DNA from: Octopus bimaculoides
Lineage: Eukaryota
DNA: 64,000 nt
Reading direction: 5' to 3'
NCBI RefSeq assembly: GCF_001194135.2
Contig: NC_068981.1
Span: forward strand, 105,192,651 to 105,256,650
The translations under genes were made by a program, and so were the position numbers. The notes beneath the pieces are model-generated. The model saw only the letters and a list, made by a program, of their open reading frames with translations, ran no database searches and was not told the origin of the DNA. Shown here in pieces: positions 33,205 through 46,054 of the stretch. Each line of letters starts with the position of its first letter. Positions within the stretch are counted from its first letter, which is position 1.

Positions 33205-34513
33205 AGAACTGCCATGCTACACAGCAGTGAAACATAGGCCATGACTGCTGAGGACATATGTAGGCTTGAAAGAAATGAAGCTAGTATGATCCGCTGGATG
33301 TGTAATGTCAGTGTGCATACACGACAGAGTGTAAGTGCCCTGAGAGAAAAGTTGGACATAAGAAGCATCAGATGTGGTGTGCAAGTGAGACGACTGCGCT
33401 GGTATGGTCATGTGTTATGTATGGATGAGGACAGCTCTGTGAGAAAGTGCCACACCCTAACTGGAAGAGGTAGACCCAAGAAGACATGGGATGAGGTGGT
33501 GAAGCATGACCTTTGAACGTTGGGCCTTACAGAGGCCGAGACCTTTGGAGATATGCTGTGATAGAGAAGACCCAGCAACTAAAGTGAGATCACAGCTTTA
33601 GTAGAAAGTGGGTTATACATCTTTAGATTGTATACCTGTCTTCCTACTATAAAATTAAGAATATAACGGAACGCTGAACTCCAGACTATCAACTTAAACA
33701 ACATTTATTCAGGTGGTAAATATATACATCTTTAGTTCTTGTTGTTACAGCTTCTGTGTGTATGAGCATAGTTGTTGGGACGTTGTTCTGTAGTTGTGCG
33801 CGAGCTGTCGAGTGTAAGTCCGAAAGATGTAGAGACAGCTTTAATACGTCCATGCTCAATTGCTGGCCAGCGAGAAAGAGAATGAATTGAACGGGAAACG
33901 CTTGCTTGTTTAATTCTACGCATGCGTAAGACTACGCATGCGCAGGCGTTACTACACAGCCATGGTCAACGCCAGTGTTGCTTATCCGACCCATTTAAAA
34001 GTACCCTTGATGCATCAGGCGATATGATATGCTTGAGAAGACCTGTTGAGTCAAGTAAAACCAAAATCATAGCTGTAGCCAGTGTCCCCTGACTGGCCCC
34101 TATTCCTGTGGCACATAAAATGCATCATCCAAACATGGTTGATGCCAGTGCTCTCTGACTGGCTCCCATGCCAGTGGCATGTAAAAAGCACCATCCAAAC
34201 CTGGTCAATGCCAGGTCCGCCTGACTGGCTCCCATGCCAACGGCACATAAAAAGCACTATCCAAACGTGGCCAATGCCAGTGCCCCCTGCTGGTGGCACA
34301 TAAAAGGCACTATCTGACTGGCTCCTGTGCCACTGGCATGTAAAAAGCATCCACTACACTCTTGGAGTGGTTGGTATTAGGAAAGGCATCCAGCTGTAAA
34401 AATGTTGCCAGATCAGATTAGAGCCTGATGCAGCCTCTGGCTTTCCAGACCTCCGTCAAACTGTCCAACCCATACCAGCATGGAAAATGGACGTTAAACA
34501 ATGATGATGATGA
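33205..34513 (+). mobile_element. RTE LINE 3' end (thumb, 3' UTR with 66-bp units, tail) split by a solo LTR
   Basis: MTAEDICRLERNEASMIRWMCNV...RRLRWYGHVLCMDED...GRGRPKKTWDEVVKHDL; tail GGACGTTAAACAATGATGATG. Confidence 0.9.
33597..33956 (-). mobile_element. Solo LTR (Gypsy-like), 360 bp
   Basis: Ends TGTAGTA...TACTA(A/C)A, AATAAA on the minus strand, 4-bp TSD cagc/cagc; paralogous to 49668-50103. Confidence 0.8.
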
Positions 34514-34597
34514 TTTTTTCATAAGTATGAAGACCAATGTTAGGTCAAGTTTTCATGACCTGCTTTGGCAATCAAATGTTGAGTTATCATCATCATC

Positions 34598-35152
34598 ATC
34601 ATTTAACGTCCGCTTTCCATGCTAGCATGGGTTGAACGATTTGACTGAGGACTTTCAAGCCAGAAGGCTGCACCAGGCTCCAATCTGATCTGGCAGAGTT
34701 TCTACAGTTGGATGCCCTTCCTAACGCCAACCACGATTATGCTCAAATGGTGCTATTTACAGGCCACTAGCACGGAAGCCAGACAGCTGCTCTGGCAATG
34801 AACATGCTCGGACAGTGCTGTTAGTGCTCCACTGGCGCAGGTGCCAGTCATCGAGTATGGTTCAATTACGATTTCACTTGCCCCAACAGGTCTTCACAAG
34901 CAGAGTTTAGTGTCCAAAGAAGGAGAGGTTGGCATGGGTGCCAGTCGTCGGGTTCAGTTCAATTACGATTTCAGATTTCAAATTCCAAATTCACTTGCCT
35001 CAACAGGTCTTCACAAGCAGAGTTTTTTTAGTGTCCAATGAAGTAAAGACACGAATAAGTGAGCTGGCTACACTTCTGGCAGAGGTCACAGATTATGCTC
35101 TCACTTGCCTTGCCGGGTCTTCTCACGTACTGCATATTTCCAAAGGTCCTGG
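34598..35152 (-). mobile_element. RTE LINE 3' end (ORF end DLWKYAVREKTRQGK*, 3' UTR, tail)
   Basis: Shared (GAT)n tail at 34598; the UTR contains duplicated GAAGACCTGTTG.GGCAAGTGA copies of the ORF terminus. Confidence 0.8.
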
Positions 35153-35457
35153 TTGAGACCTCTGATTATTGAAGTTCGACAAGGATTTATTTGAATATTT
35201 TTTCAATACACATTCACACAAAGTTGTCAGCAACAGGGCTGAATTCAAAATTAATTTTAGTGAGAAAGAAATGCCTTAAAATGATAAGATTTCATGTCTG
35301 AGGTGTATTCTCAAATGTTAAACTTGTCAATTATCAATTGTATTAAGGAGAAACGCAATTATTTGAGGTATTTATTTCTGAATGGAGTGACACAAAAGCT
35401 GCACATCTCAGAAAAATCACCCAAATGTTAGCATTATACAAGAATCAAATCAGTCAC

Positions 35458-35552
35458 CTATATCCTTTTTCTTGGAATCGGTAGGCATGTGGTAGTCTGC
35501 ATCAGCATAAATCAGACTGCATGTAGTAACAGAAGTCGCATCTGTATGTGAT
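35458..35552 (-). CDS. Orphan candidate exon, 95 bp, phase 2->1: SHTDATSVTTCSLIYADADYHMPTDSKKKDI
   Basis: Acceptor ccctacttagtcttatag, donor TAG|gtgact, single open frame, non-repetitive sequence; no family recognised. Confidence 0.45.
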
Positions 35553-35894
35553 CTATAAGACTAAGTAGGGATAAACAGTTACATTCTGGTGAGTATTTTT
35601 TCAGAAGAAAAGGACAGATTCATGATAAGTTGGTAAGATGTTGGATGTACAATGAGAGTGATGAGCAACATTTTTTCTGCCATGGCCCCTATTTTTTTTT
35701 TTGTTTTTTATCATTTTTGGCCTGTTGAGTGTGGACTAAACAAAACTAAAAATCTATGTTCAAATAAAAAATTAATTGAAATCACTGAAAAAAGAACACA
35801 ATCCCCATATTTGAAAGGTAAAATATTCAAATTTAGTAAAAAAATAATATTAACAAAATAAAATAGCATTATCATGCAACATCTTTAGTCAATA

Positions 35895-36265
35895 TTCTTT
35901 TACTTGTTTCAGTCATGTGACTGCAGTCATGCTGGAGCACCGCCTTAAAGGGTTTTATTCAAAGAAATTGACCCCAGGACTTATTCTTTGTAAGCCTAAT
36001 ACTTATTTTTTTAGTCTCTTTTGCCAAACTGCTAATCTAAACACACCAGCATGTGGGGAGACAAAGACAGACTCACACACAGATATATATACACATATAT
36101 TTACGACGGGCTTCTTTCAGTTGCCGTCTACCAAATCCACTCACAAGGTTTTGGTCAGCCTGAGGCTATAGTAGAAGACACTTGCCCAAGGTGCCACACA
36201 ATGGAACTGAACCTGGAACCATGTGGTTGGGAAACAACTTCTTACCATACAGTCATGCATACAAC
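35895..36265 (-). mobile_element. SINE family A
   Basis: Full family-A architecture. Confidence 0.85.
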
Positions 36266-36808
36266 TGTTACATAAATATACAAATGTGGCCATGACCTAC
36301 AAAAAGTCTATGTGATTCATTTAGTGTATTATTGACTTAGACAAGATCGAATAGTCAATCGCTGGTACTTTAAAAACTCGCATGTGTAGGGCGTCCTAGA
36401 ATTAATTATCAATTTCAATAAAATCAGACAAGTATTTAAAAAAAACTGACAGAATTTTATGCTTGTTACTTAACTATGACACCAAAACAAATAGTTTTAT
36501 AAATCTTACATCAAAATTTTATTGTAAATTTTCAACATGAGCCTTGTCTGTATCCCTGTAAATTTCAAATCTATCCTTGGCATTGCAAAACACATTTTGA
36601 AGAATTTCAGGAGTTATCCCCTGCACTACTAATTGAATGCATCCTTTAAGTTCAGCTAAACTATTGCTCTATCCTGGGGATGAAGGTAGAGAATGATTGC
36701 AGCCAAATTGAAAAAAAAGCTGTCGTGGACAGATAAGTGGGATCCAACAGGAATGAAAATAAAATTATCAAAAAAAATTATAAACAAATTAAAAAATTTA
36801 TACACATA

Positions 36809-37804
36809 CATTGAACTGCAAAAGAAACAGGTGTGAAATTGGGTTCAAATCCGAGCTGAGAGCCACAGCATGGTTCTGATGTTGTGCTGACACAGGAAGT
36901 CCATCATGACCCTGGCTGTGTGGGAGGGAGCATTGCCCTGCTGGAATACATGGCTATGGTGACACACAAAGAAGGACATGATGTGAGGTCTTAGGATCTG
37001 GTCAATGTAGCGCTGCGCTGTGATGCCATTCCCTCTGCCTGCACCAACATTTTGGAACACATGGTACCCAATTCTCTGATTCAGGCCTTGGCCACCCCAT
37101 GCATCTCTCTCCATGACACATGTCTCCGTAGTGTTCACTCCTCCTTCACCACACCATCACTCTCCCATCTAAGGTGGAAACGCAGTACCAGCTCTCATCA
37201 GAGAAGACTATTGACCTCCATTGTGATGCCACCAATGTTGGTGAAGTGCAGCCCACTGTAGTTGTGCCTGATGGTGACGGGTGGTGAGGACAGCAGCAAT
37301 GCAGGTTGTTGGTGGCCGGTCAACGATCTCGCAAACTGTCATGCTGGCTGATTTGAAGCAATCATGGAGGTGCTGCAGGTAGGTGAAGCAGTCCTGCCTA
37401 TGTCAGATGGTGCTGACATGGACATTGTAAGCTTTCACAACAACCAGGGCACGCTGCCCCACTTGCAATCAGCTGATAGCTTGTTCTCTCTGCACTGCTG
37501 ACAGTCAGGTCACTCTTGATGCATCCAAGGAACATGGGTCAAGGTGATTTTTATACCCATAACCTCCATGAGATGCATGTGCATTTCGGTTTTTATGACA
37601 ATCGTTTGCAACTGCTACTCACGGCATTCAACGGAGCTGTTTTGGTATCTCATTTCACGGAAAGTTGAAAGGTTGCCTGCAATTTGGGTCTCAGCCATAA
37701 ACCAGCATGTCTTGGAATATTTACATTTACATCCCTGAAATAAATTTTCAGAATTTACCATGTGAAAATGACACTTGAAAAAATTGTTTCTTTTGCGATC
37801 TGTG
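36809..37804 (-). mobile_element. Tc1-like transposon, degenerate, ~1.0 kb
   Basis: TIRs CA(T/C)...GCAAAAGAAAC with TA flanks; ITAQRYIDQILRPHIMSF...FQQGNAPSHTARVMMDFL...SDLNPI. Confidence 0.85.
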
Positions 37805-37939
37805 TATAACACAAATGAAACATGATAAACAAATAAATGTGAGTTTTTAAAAAAATTGTCTGATTTCAATGAAATAGTTAATTCTGGGACACCCTGCATA
37901 TTGGAAGACAGTATATACATATGTCTTACATCTTTTCTT

Positions 37940-38670
37940 TTATGTTTAACTTGTTTCAGTCATTAGACTATGGCCATACTGTAGCACTGCCATGAAGAAT
38001 TTTAGTCAAACAAATTGACCTCAGTGCTTATTTTTTCTTTTTTAAAGCCTAGAATGTATTCTATTGGTATCTTTTGGCGAACTGCTAAGTTATGGAGACA
38101 TAAACACACCAACACCGGTTGTCAAGCAGCAGTGGAGAACAAACACACTCAAAAACTCACATGGCCCTAAGGCCTTATTTTGTTCATTTATTTATATCAG
38201 TTCATTTGTATGCTCACAGTCCTGTTTGTTTTCTTCTGTCCTTTGTACATCCACTAATTGTATTGTTTTCGATTACATTTATTCCACATTTGTATGTTAA
38301 CTGTATCACATTCTTGTCTGTTTGTACATTTTCTGTCTTGTTTCTTGTTTTTGGTTCACTAATTTCCAGCGGCATTTGCCATCAGCACCACCAATAGGGG
38401 ATGCAATATTATCCATTGGGCGTGAAATTGTGATTGACCCACCAGATGATAACTGATGAGGAGTTGGCAATTATGTGTCTGTTTGTGCATCTATTATATA
38501 TGATTTTAACTCATTATACACACACACACACATATATATATTATGGGCTTCTTTCAGTTTCTGCCTACCAAATCCACTTACAAGGCTTTCATCTGCCCAA
38601 GGCTACCCAAGTGGGACTGAACCCAGGATCATGTGGTTGGGAAACCACACATCCACACCAAGATTGTAGG
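37940..38670 (-). mobile_element. SINE family A split by a ~370-bp unidentified insert (38150-38520)
   Basis: 3' half at 37940-38150 and 5' half at 38535-38670. Confidence 0.7.
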
Positions 38671-39229
38671 GCATGTATATGTCTATGTTGTTGTTGTTGT
38701 TAATGTTTGGATCATTATGCATGGATATGTGTTGAGATTGTCTTTTAGGAGCAGATCAGCCTTGATCAAGCAGAATTACGATCTACATTCCAGATATGAC
38801 TGTTCTATATTTCTGTATATCTGTGACTCCATTTTACTATTCTTCCTCTTTTCAGACAGTAGGGCCTGATATATGTGAGATTTGGCTATTATTTTTAGCA
38901 CATTGAGCAATAGATTAGAGGATTCCTTGGTTAATCATATGTTTGCGTATGTGTTTAATGTGTGACTGATGAGATTGAGTAGGTTGACAGTTTATTGACA
39001 ATTTTGTTGTGACTTCTATTTTTAAAAAATGTATTAGTTCTGTTATGTTATAGCCTCTAACATATTTAAAGGTGAAAGAAGGCAATATGAATAACCTGTC
39101 TAGGGTAGTAGTTTTGGGGTGTGGCACTTTTGGTGTGTATTACGTTGTGTTTTTCATTGCAGTTAGATGGGGTGCAAACGGAAGGACTTCTCTAGACAGC
39201 AAAAGCTCTGGCCATGTCACCAGCTATAT

Positions 39230-39455
39230 GCTTTTACTTGTTTCAGTCATTTGACTGTGACCTTGCTAGAGCACCACGTTAAAGTGTTTTAGTCAAAGAA
39301 ATTAACCCTGGACTAATTTTTTGTAAGCCTATTACTTATTCTATCGGTCTCTTTTACCAAATCGCTAAGTTATGGGGATGCAAACACACCAATATCAGTT
39401 GTCAAGCAATTGTGAGAGGACAGACACAAAGACACACACATAAATATATACATGC

Positions 39456-39492
<37 letters not shown>

Positions 39493-39650
39493 CGACAGGC
39501 TTCTTTCAGTTTCCGTCTACCAAATCCATTCACAAGGCTTTGCTCAGCCTGAGGCTATAATAGAAGACACTTGCCCAAGGTGTCATGCAGTGGGACTGAA
39601 CCCAGAACCATGTGGTTGGGAAGCAAACTTCTTGCCACACATGCACAATA
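39230..39650 (-). mobile_element. SINE family A
   Basis: Full family-A architecture. Confidence 0.85.
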
Positions 39651-40149
39651 AGTAAAACATTTTGTACATGATTTTAAAAAATTAACCCCATTGAATATGG
39701 GTTATTTAATGGAATCAATGTTCTTGGAATAATTGAATGGAAGTTATTGAAATTTTATAATTAAAGGATTTGGTGCACTACAGGGTATTTTAAGATCTGT
39801 ATACATTCCTTAATTATCTAAATGCATGTAAAAAATGGATACATCAGCAGCAGCATTATTGTTGTTTTACATTTACTTCCCATGTCGGTATGGGTGAGAT
39901 GGGTCATTACAGTTAGCTCTTATTGTTCTCTTAGAAAAGTCAAGAAATACAACCCACTACAATATAATTAAATTTAATATGGTTTCTATTGTTGGATGTC
40001 CTTCCTATCACCAGCCACTTCATCAAGTATATAAAAGCATGAATTATACTCTTCATCAGCTACAATGAAATACATAAGGAAGAATATAAAGCCATCATAC
40101 TTCTATAAATTACAATAGCATTCTTCTGTTAGCTATCTGTTTAAAAATG

Positions 40150-41610
40150 TTTAGCCATTCTTTGTTATCAACAGATCAACGAGTCTATATTCTCTACACA
40201 ACATTCACTGTTTATATTTAACTGGAGTTTGGAAAAGAGGTGCATTTGTCATTGAAATTGTTGTATAAATTTTAAACCTCCCATACATAATTGAGAAGAC
40301 AAGATGAGCTTCATATACCTGGATATAGTTGTGGGCAAATTGCAAATAATTGTTTTGGCAGTGATTAAGATGGCTGAAATAACCTCAAGTCTGTCAAAAA
40401 TTTGTCATTCTCTTCTTCAAAGTCATAAAACTTGCAGAGAGTATTAAGATCTTGAACTTTGTTATTTGTTACCAAGTCTCTGCAATTGTCCTAGTTCAGT
40501 GGCACATTTAGGCTCTGGAGTGACTTTTTCCAATCTTAAGTACTTTCTTTTAAACCTCATCCTAATTCTTTGAACAAATATATCTAAAAATGTATAAGAT
40601 ACTTTCACATGAAACAGTTTTTCCAATCTCTGTTAAGATTAATCTGTTACTGCAGACAGATCTCTACATGAACCTTGCTAGCACTTTTCTGAATCTGCTC
40701 TGACTAAGCTTTTCCTATAGAACCTCTATATCTGCATCGAGTGCCAGTTGAGTTACATATTCTAAAATATAAATCTTGAATTCTTCTTATTAAGATTTTT
40801 CAATAGTATCATTGGTGACTGAACATGCAGTTCATACATCAATGTCTTGCTGTTGAAGAACTTTTAATACAACTGCTGCCTCAATAAATACTGGTGTTTC
40901 AATTACAAGGCTAACAAAGAAAACCAAAGTTGATGCTGCATATTTACTTGCTGATTTTGGTGGATTACTTTCATATATCTTGATCAGAAATTGTACAAAT
41001 GCTATAAATGTCTTTAAAGATTTCAAAGTGACTATTCTGCAGTCTTGTTTTAGAGAGCTATTTCAATTTTTAAACTTGTATGTGTGAAGTAGGCTGCATA
41101 CTTGATTCAGAAATAAACCCATAAATTCTTTACTTTGATTTTGCACTTTCTACAAGCACAAAGTTTTAGCAATGAAAATGTAAGTGAACATATATATTTT
41201 TTATTGAGAAGAATCACTGGCTGAAGCCTCTTATATAATCTGCTCATATTAGCTCTGAACCTTCATGTTTAATCAGCTCTTCACCATTTGTAAACTCTAC
41301 TTCACTCTATTCAATGAAACACTGATTTCATTATCAGACATATAGTGTTTGCCCATAGAAGCCTATTCAGCATGAGGACATCTGTTGTGGTATCCATAAG
41401 AAATAAATATGATGTCACTGCTTTTAACTTCATTTGATATTGATTTTGTAATGTAAGTAACCAGTGTTCATTTTGTCATTCTGAATATAATATGAGAACC
41501 TTGACACATGTGATTTCTTTTTAGATGAAATACATTATACAGCATCTAGATGGTTGCTGCTGATACTGTCATACTTAGCAAACAGTTGAACCAGTTCAAG
41601 AAAGCTTCTT
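40150..41610 (-). pseudogene. Highly degenerate hAT transposase (ZMYM1-like type)
   Basis: FLELVQLFAKYDSISSNHL, FLMDTTTDV (first catalytic D), LKVLQQQDIDV and TISMTNA..FSKLQL occur in the correct order with many stops. Confidence 0.7.
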
Positions 41611-42109
41611 CTATTTAAGTTTGTTTGATTTTTCTCTGATGAAGAGAAAAATTTAGATGAAAAAAATATTTGTCATAAATTTTGGCTCAAGGCTAGCAAA
41701 CTTTTTAGTGGGAAGAGTGCCCTACTTCAGTTTTTAAGAACCTAATAAAAACTGTTAGTAGGAAAATCTTGAAACTACCCTCTTGTAAAAGAGAGCCCTC
41801 TTATTACATCAATGCCCAAAGGCTCTCCAAAAATAGCAGCATTATAAAGTCATTAAATGTTCAATCTATCATAGGCAAGGTTAGTTGATAGACATACTCT
41901 TAAGGTTTCTTTTGGTTGCATGAGATAGAAGCCAACTACAGGGATCATGTTATAGTTAAGCAGAATAATAGAAGGCTTATTTAGAAAACTGTTGTACAAC
42001 CACATATCCTCATTCAGTAACTAAAAGAAGTGAAATGTGTTGTTAGCGAGTATGTATTTTTGAAATAAGAAAGTTGTGTATTATATCATTAGATGAAATT
42101 TAATTAAAA

Positions 42110-42420
42110 ATTACAAGCATTACTCCAATAGCAGTAGAAGACATAGACTCTGTAGAATGGAAAAAAACTGATACTGCAAAAGAGTTCCAAGATGTCATAC
42201 CAAATCTGTTGGTTGCAATAAGAATAATGCCTACAATACTTATGACTGCAGCCATGAGAGAGAGAAGCTTTAGTGTGAGTAAAGCATACAAAGACATTCG
42301 TGACACAAGACAAATCATCAACTTTCAGAATTTTGTCAGTAGGAAAGCTTGCTTCTGAAGAGATACTTATCATGAGAAGATCGATAGAAAAACGTTTGTA
42401 GATTTAAAGTCAAGAAAATA
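42110..42420 (+). pseudogene. hAT C-terminal dimerisation-domain remnant
   Basis: PNLLVAIRIMPTILMTAAMRERSFS...FVDLKSRK*. Confidence 0.75.
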
Positions 42421-42613
42421 AGTTTTAATTATGATATGCTTTTCAGTATATGTTCTTTTGCTTGTATCTTTTAATCTATTAGGAGGGTACTTAATTACAT
42501 TTACAATTATTTTATTTGGTGCAGTCTCTGATTTCAATAAGAAAAGAAAAATACTAAAGAATTCTTAACCCAGGCACTTACCTAAACAGTAAGAGTAAGA
42601 TTTTTGCTCCTAC

Positions 42614-42727
42614 CTTCATGAATGCAGATCTCCCCAGGATACTGGCTGACTGAACCATGAATATAAGCATTGGAGTACTCCGACAAGCAAATATTTCCCA
42701 GGCAGTAGTGAACTTTTGGCTCACAAT
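42614..42727 (-). CDS. Orphan candidate exon, 114 bp, phase 1->1: (D)CEPKVHYCLGNICLSEYSNAYIHGSVSQYPGEICIHE
   Basis: Acceptor ttactccccttag, donor GAAG|gtagga, open symmetric exon with Cys-containing unique sequence; no family recognised. Confidence 0.5.
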
Positions 42728-42949
42728 CTAAGGGGAGTAACTCCAATGAACTAAATTTTTTCTAGGGTCTTGATTAAGGCTTTGATACCCACAGATTGGA
42801 TATGATACTTTCATATCTCCAGTGGCAAGGAGCCAATATCATCTTATTTCTTGCCACCTATCTTTGATGAATTCTGGGATTATCTTCACTCATGAAAATG
42901 GAGTGGCTGATATGAAAAAATGATATTGTATCTTATTAATAGTAATATT

Positions 42950-43160
42950 AATCCTTTAGGCACAAGACCTGAAATTTTGGGGGAAGGAGTAAGTCAACTA
43001 CGTCGACCCCAGTGTTTCACTGGTACTTATTTTATCAACCCCGAAAGGATGAAAGGCAAAGTCGATCTCGGCAGAATTTGAAATCAGAACGTAGCGGCAG
43101 ACGAAATACCGCTAAGCATTTCGTCCAGTGTGCTAACGATTCTGCCAGCTCACCACCTTA
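42950..43160 (-). mobile_element. SINE family B, young-looking
   Basis: CpG-rich near-consensus copy. Confidence 0.9.
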
Positions 43161-43742
43161 ATAATAATGATGATGATGATGAAAAAGGCAACAGAGAGGC
43201 GATGCATACCCTGCACGCAGATAAATTTTTTTGCAAATTGGTGTGGCTTACAATGTGCTGCTTACCCATGCTTTTTAATTGAACTGAATTAAGCTTTTTA
43301 AGTGTCTCACTAAACTTGCTTATCGGGGAATTTGTAAGTTAGATTTGTTTATTTTTTTAATCACCATTGTAAGTATTTATACTCTGGTGAAATTCAGAAA
43401 TCAACTCGTAAATAAACGAAACCCTCGAATCTATCACTGTACACACACACACATACAGTCGCATATGTATGTATCTACACGCATAGGTACATGATCTATA
43501 CACATGCAGACGAAGGTCAATGTACTAGAACGCATACCCGCGTTGTTAATTGGTAAAAGTAGGTTGGTTAATTTAGTAAGGATTTTATAAACACAGGCAC
43601 AAGGCCAGATAACAGACTCATGGATTGGTTTATATTTTATTCATTTTGTTGTTATTCTAAAGAATAGTGATAATAAACGGGTGCGAATGAAATAGAGTCA
43701 GTAACTCATTTATTCTTTCACTGTCTGCAAGAGTGGCTATAT

Positions 43743-44870
43743 GGCCTTCTTTCGGAATAAGACTCAGACTTCTCAATTATCTTCGTTAGTTTCCGTGAAC
43801 ATGTGTTGTCTTGTCAACTGTAAACATTCTTGTGTATGTGTGTGCGTGCTTGTTCTGTTTGACGTGTCGAAGTGGAAGAGAAAGCTAATGAGTGTATGTG
43901 TGTGTGTGAGTGCATGCGCGTGCTTGTTCTTATGTGTGTGTGAGTATGTGTGCTTGTTTGTGCGCGCGTGAGCATGTTGGGGTTGCATCGGAAGCAATTG
44001 TTGACTAGCACAATTACTTTCGTGACATTTGTGCATTGTGGTGCGTCGACAAACCTTCAAAGAGGGGATGTTGAATCAGCGAGGTGAAGCTGCTGACCTC
44101 CCCTGTTCGAAGGTTATAATGGACACAGGTTTGTATGTCTGTGTCCCATAGCTAGCTAGAGGCGATGGCCTCTTGGAGCTAATCAACGGCAGCATTCGTT
44201 GTATTTTCCTGGACTGCCATGTTAGCTTGATGATAACTATTAATATCCAGTACCACTGCCGTAGTTTCCTTTAGAGAGATTTAGAAATATTAATATTTCT
44301 ATTAATGTCATTTATATTTCTTTCTTTCGCATTTCATTGATCAATGTTGGCACTCCGTCGGTTACGACGACGAGGGTTCTAGTTGATCCGATCAACGGAA
44401 CAGCCTGCTCGTAAAATTAACGTGCAAGTGGCTGAGCACACTACAGACACGTGTACCCTTAACGTAGTTCTCGGGGATATTCAGCGTGGCACAGAGTGAC
44501 AAGGCTGACCCTTTGAATTACAGGCACAACAGAAAGTAAGAGTGAGAGAAAGTTGTGGTGGAAGAGTACAGCAGGTTTCGCCACCATCCCCTGCCGGAGC
44601 CTCGTGGAGCTTTAGGTGTTTTCGCTCAATAAACACTCACAATGCCCGGTCTGGGAATCGAAACTGCGAGTCCGCTGCCCTAACCACAGGGTCATCGCGC
44701 CTCCACACATCAATATATAAAAACAGAACACGCTCGCACACACACACACACACATATTACCTTCCTCTTCCACTTCGACACGTCAAACAGAGCAAGCACG
44801 CACACACGAGTATTTACAGTTGACAAGAGAGTACGTACTTACGGAAACTAGCTTATTCTGAAAGAAGGCC
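43743..44870. mobile_element. Long-TIR (foldback/MITE-like) element with nested family-C SINE
   Basis: Arms of ~150-200 bp begin GGCCTTCTTTC(G/A)GAATAAG and share TCTGTTTGACGTGTCGAAGTGGAAGAG in reverse complement; AT-rich flanks, TSD unclear. Confidence 0.75.
44345..44700 (-). mobile_element. SINE family C-type, nested in the foldback element
   Basis: Tail GTTGGCACTCCGTCGGTTACGACG...CAGCCTGCTCG shared with 16345-16640; tRNA-like head GTGGTTAGGG...GTTTCGATTCCCAGACC. Confidence 0.8.
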
Positions 44871-45169
44871 TTTATATGTATGTGCATACATATGTATACA
44901 TACATAACATAAACACGCACAATAAGCAGGCAGAAGTTTTCAAGCTAAATACTTTTTTTTAAAATCAAAGCTATCGATGCCATGTCGATAATTTACCTAC
45001 AAATCTGTAAGTTAAGAAATCATATCCTCGCAGTTTCTCTTTTTGTATGTTTTCCCACCGTTTCTCTTTACAATTATATGTAAATGGCTATACATATATT
45101 AACATAGACGCATGTGTGTGCGTAATTAAGTCGAAGAAACTTTAAAATATTTTTCTTTAACTTTTAGTT

Positions 45170-45980
45170 TACTTTTTATTTTGTTTTCTTTTTCTTGTTG
45201 CCTGAGTAAAATTCTCCATATGTTTCTCCCGTTCTGTATAATTACACCATGTGTGTGTGTAGGTACATACATTTACCTGTGTGTATGTATGTGTGAATAT
45301 AGGCACATACATATGCCTGTATATGTGTATCTATCTGTGTGTGTGTAGTATATTTTATATGTACAATTAAATGTACAACTGCTACTATTAAGAGCTTCAC
45401 GTACGCTAACATCATCCTATGCGCTTCCAATGTAGTGGTTTGCCTATATGTTTTACCCTTGTAGATGTTTGGAATTCTGCATTAGACGTTGTAAGTTCTC
45501 TGTAAGATAATACAATAGAGTGTTGTTCCCCTGATGATCCGTTCTGGTTAAGCATCCAATTGCTCTTGGGACATCCATTGCAGAGGTACCAAACAACTTC
45601 AATGGGGAAACGTATGTGGGAGCAAAGGATACAGACTTGTGTTTATGGCAATTTCTTTCTCTCTCTCTATCTATCTATCTAGCTAAGTTGTCTAAGAGTC
45701 CACAAGTCAGGAAAGTGTACAGTATTTTATATCCATTACGACCGATCTTACCAATCGGTTTCGCGCCAGGGATTCAATGGAGTGTTAGGTAACAATCCAA
45801 TTTTATAACTCTGCGCTCATCAGAGGTAACGCAGGGTTAAATAATTGGATTGTTTTCTTTTGTTTTCTTTTTCTTGTTGCCTGAGTAAAATTCTCCATAT
45901 GTTTCTCCCGTTCTGTATAATTACGCCATGTGTGTGTGTGTAGGTACATACATTTGCCTGTGTGTACCTGTGTGTATGTA
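45170..45980 (-). mobile_element. Non-coding unit with ~110-bp terminal direct repeats (period ~686 bp) and an internal hammerhead; retrozyme/PLE-like
   Basis: 45181-45292 is nearly identical to 45867-45980; HHR at 45742-45830; homologous segment at 48388-48580. Confidence 0.65.
45742..45830 (-). ncRNA. Type-I hammerhead ribozyme motif (long stem II), copy A
   Basis: CT-CTGATGA-GCGC...GCGC-GAAA-CC(GATT)GGT-A-AG; complete core, GUA site, predicted cleavage between 45749 and 45748. Confidence 0.75.
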
Positions 45981-46054
45981 TGGCACAAAACTCATTGGTA
46001 AGATCGGCCTTAATGGATATAATATACTGTACACTTCTGATAATATATATATTG

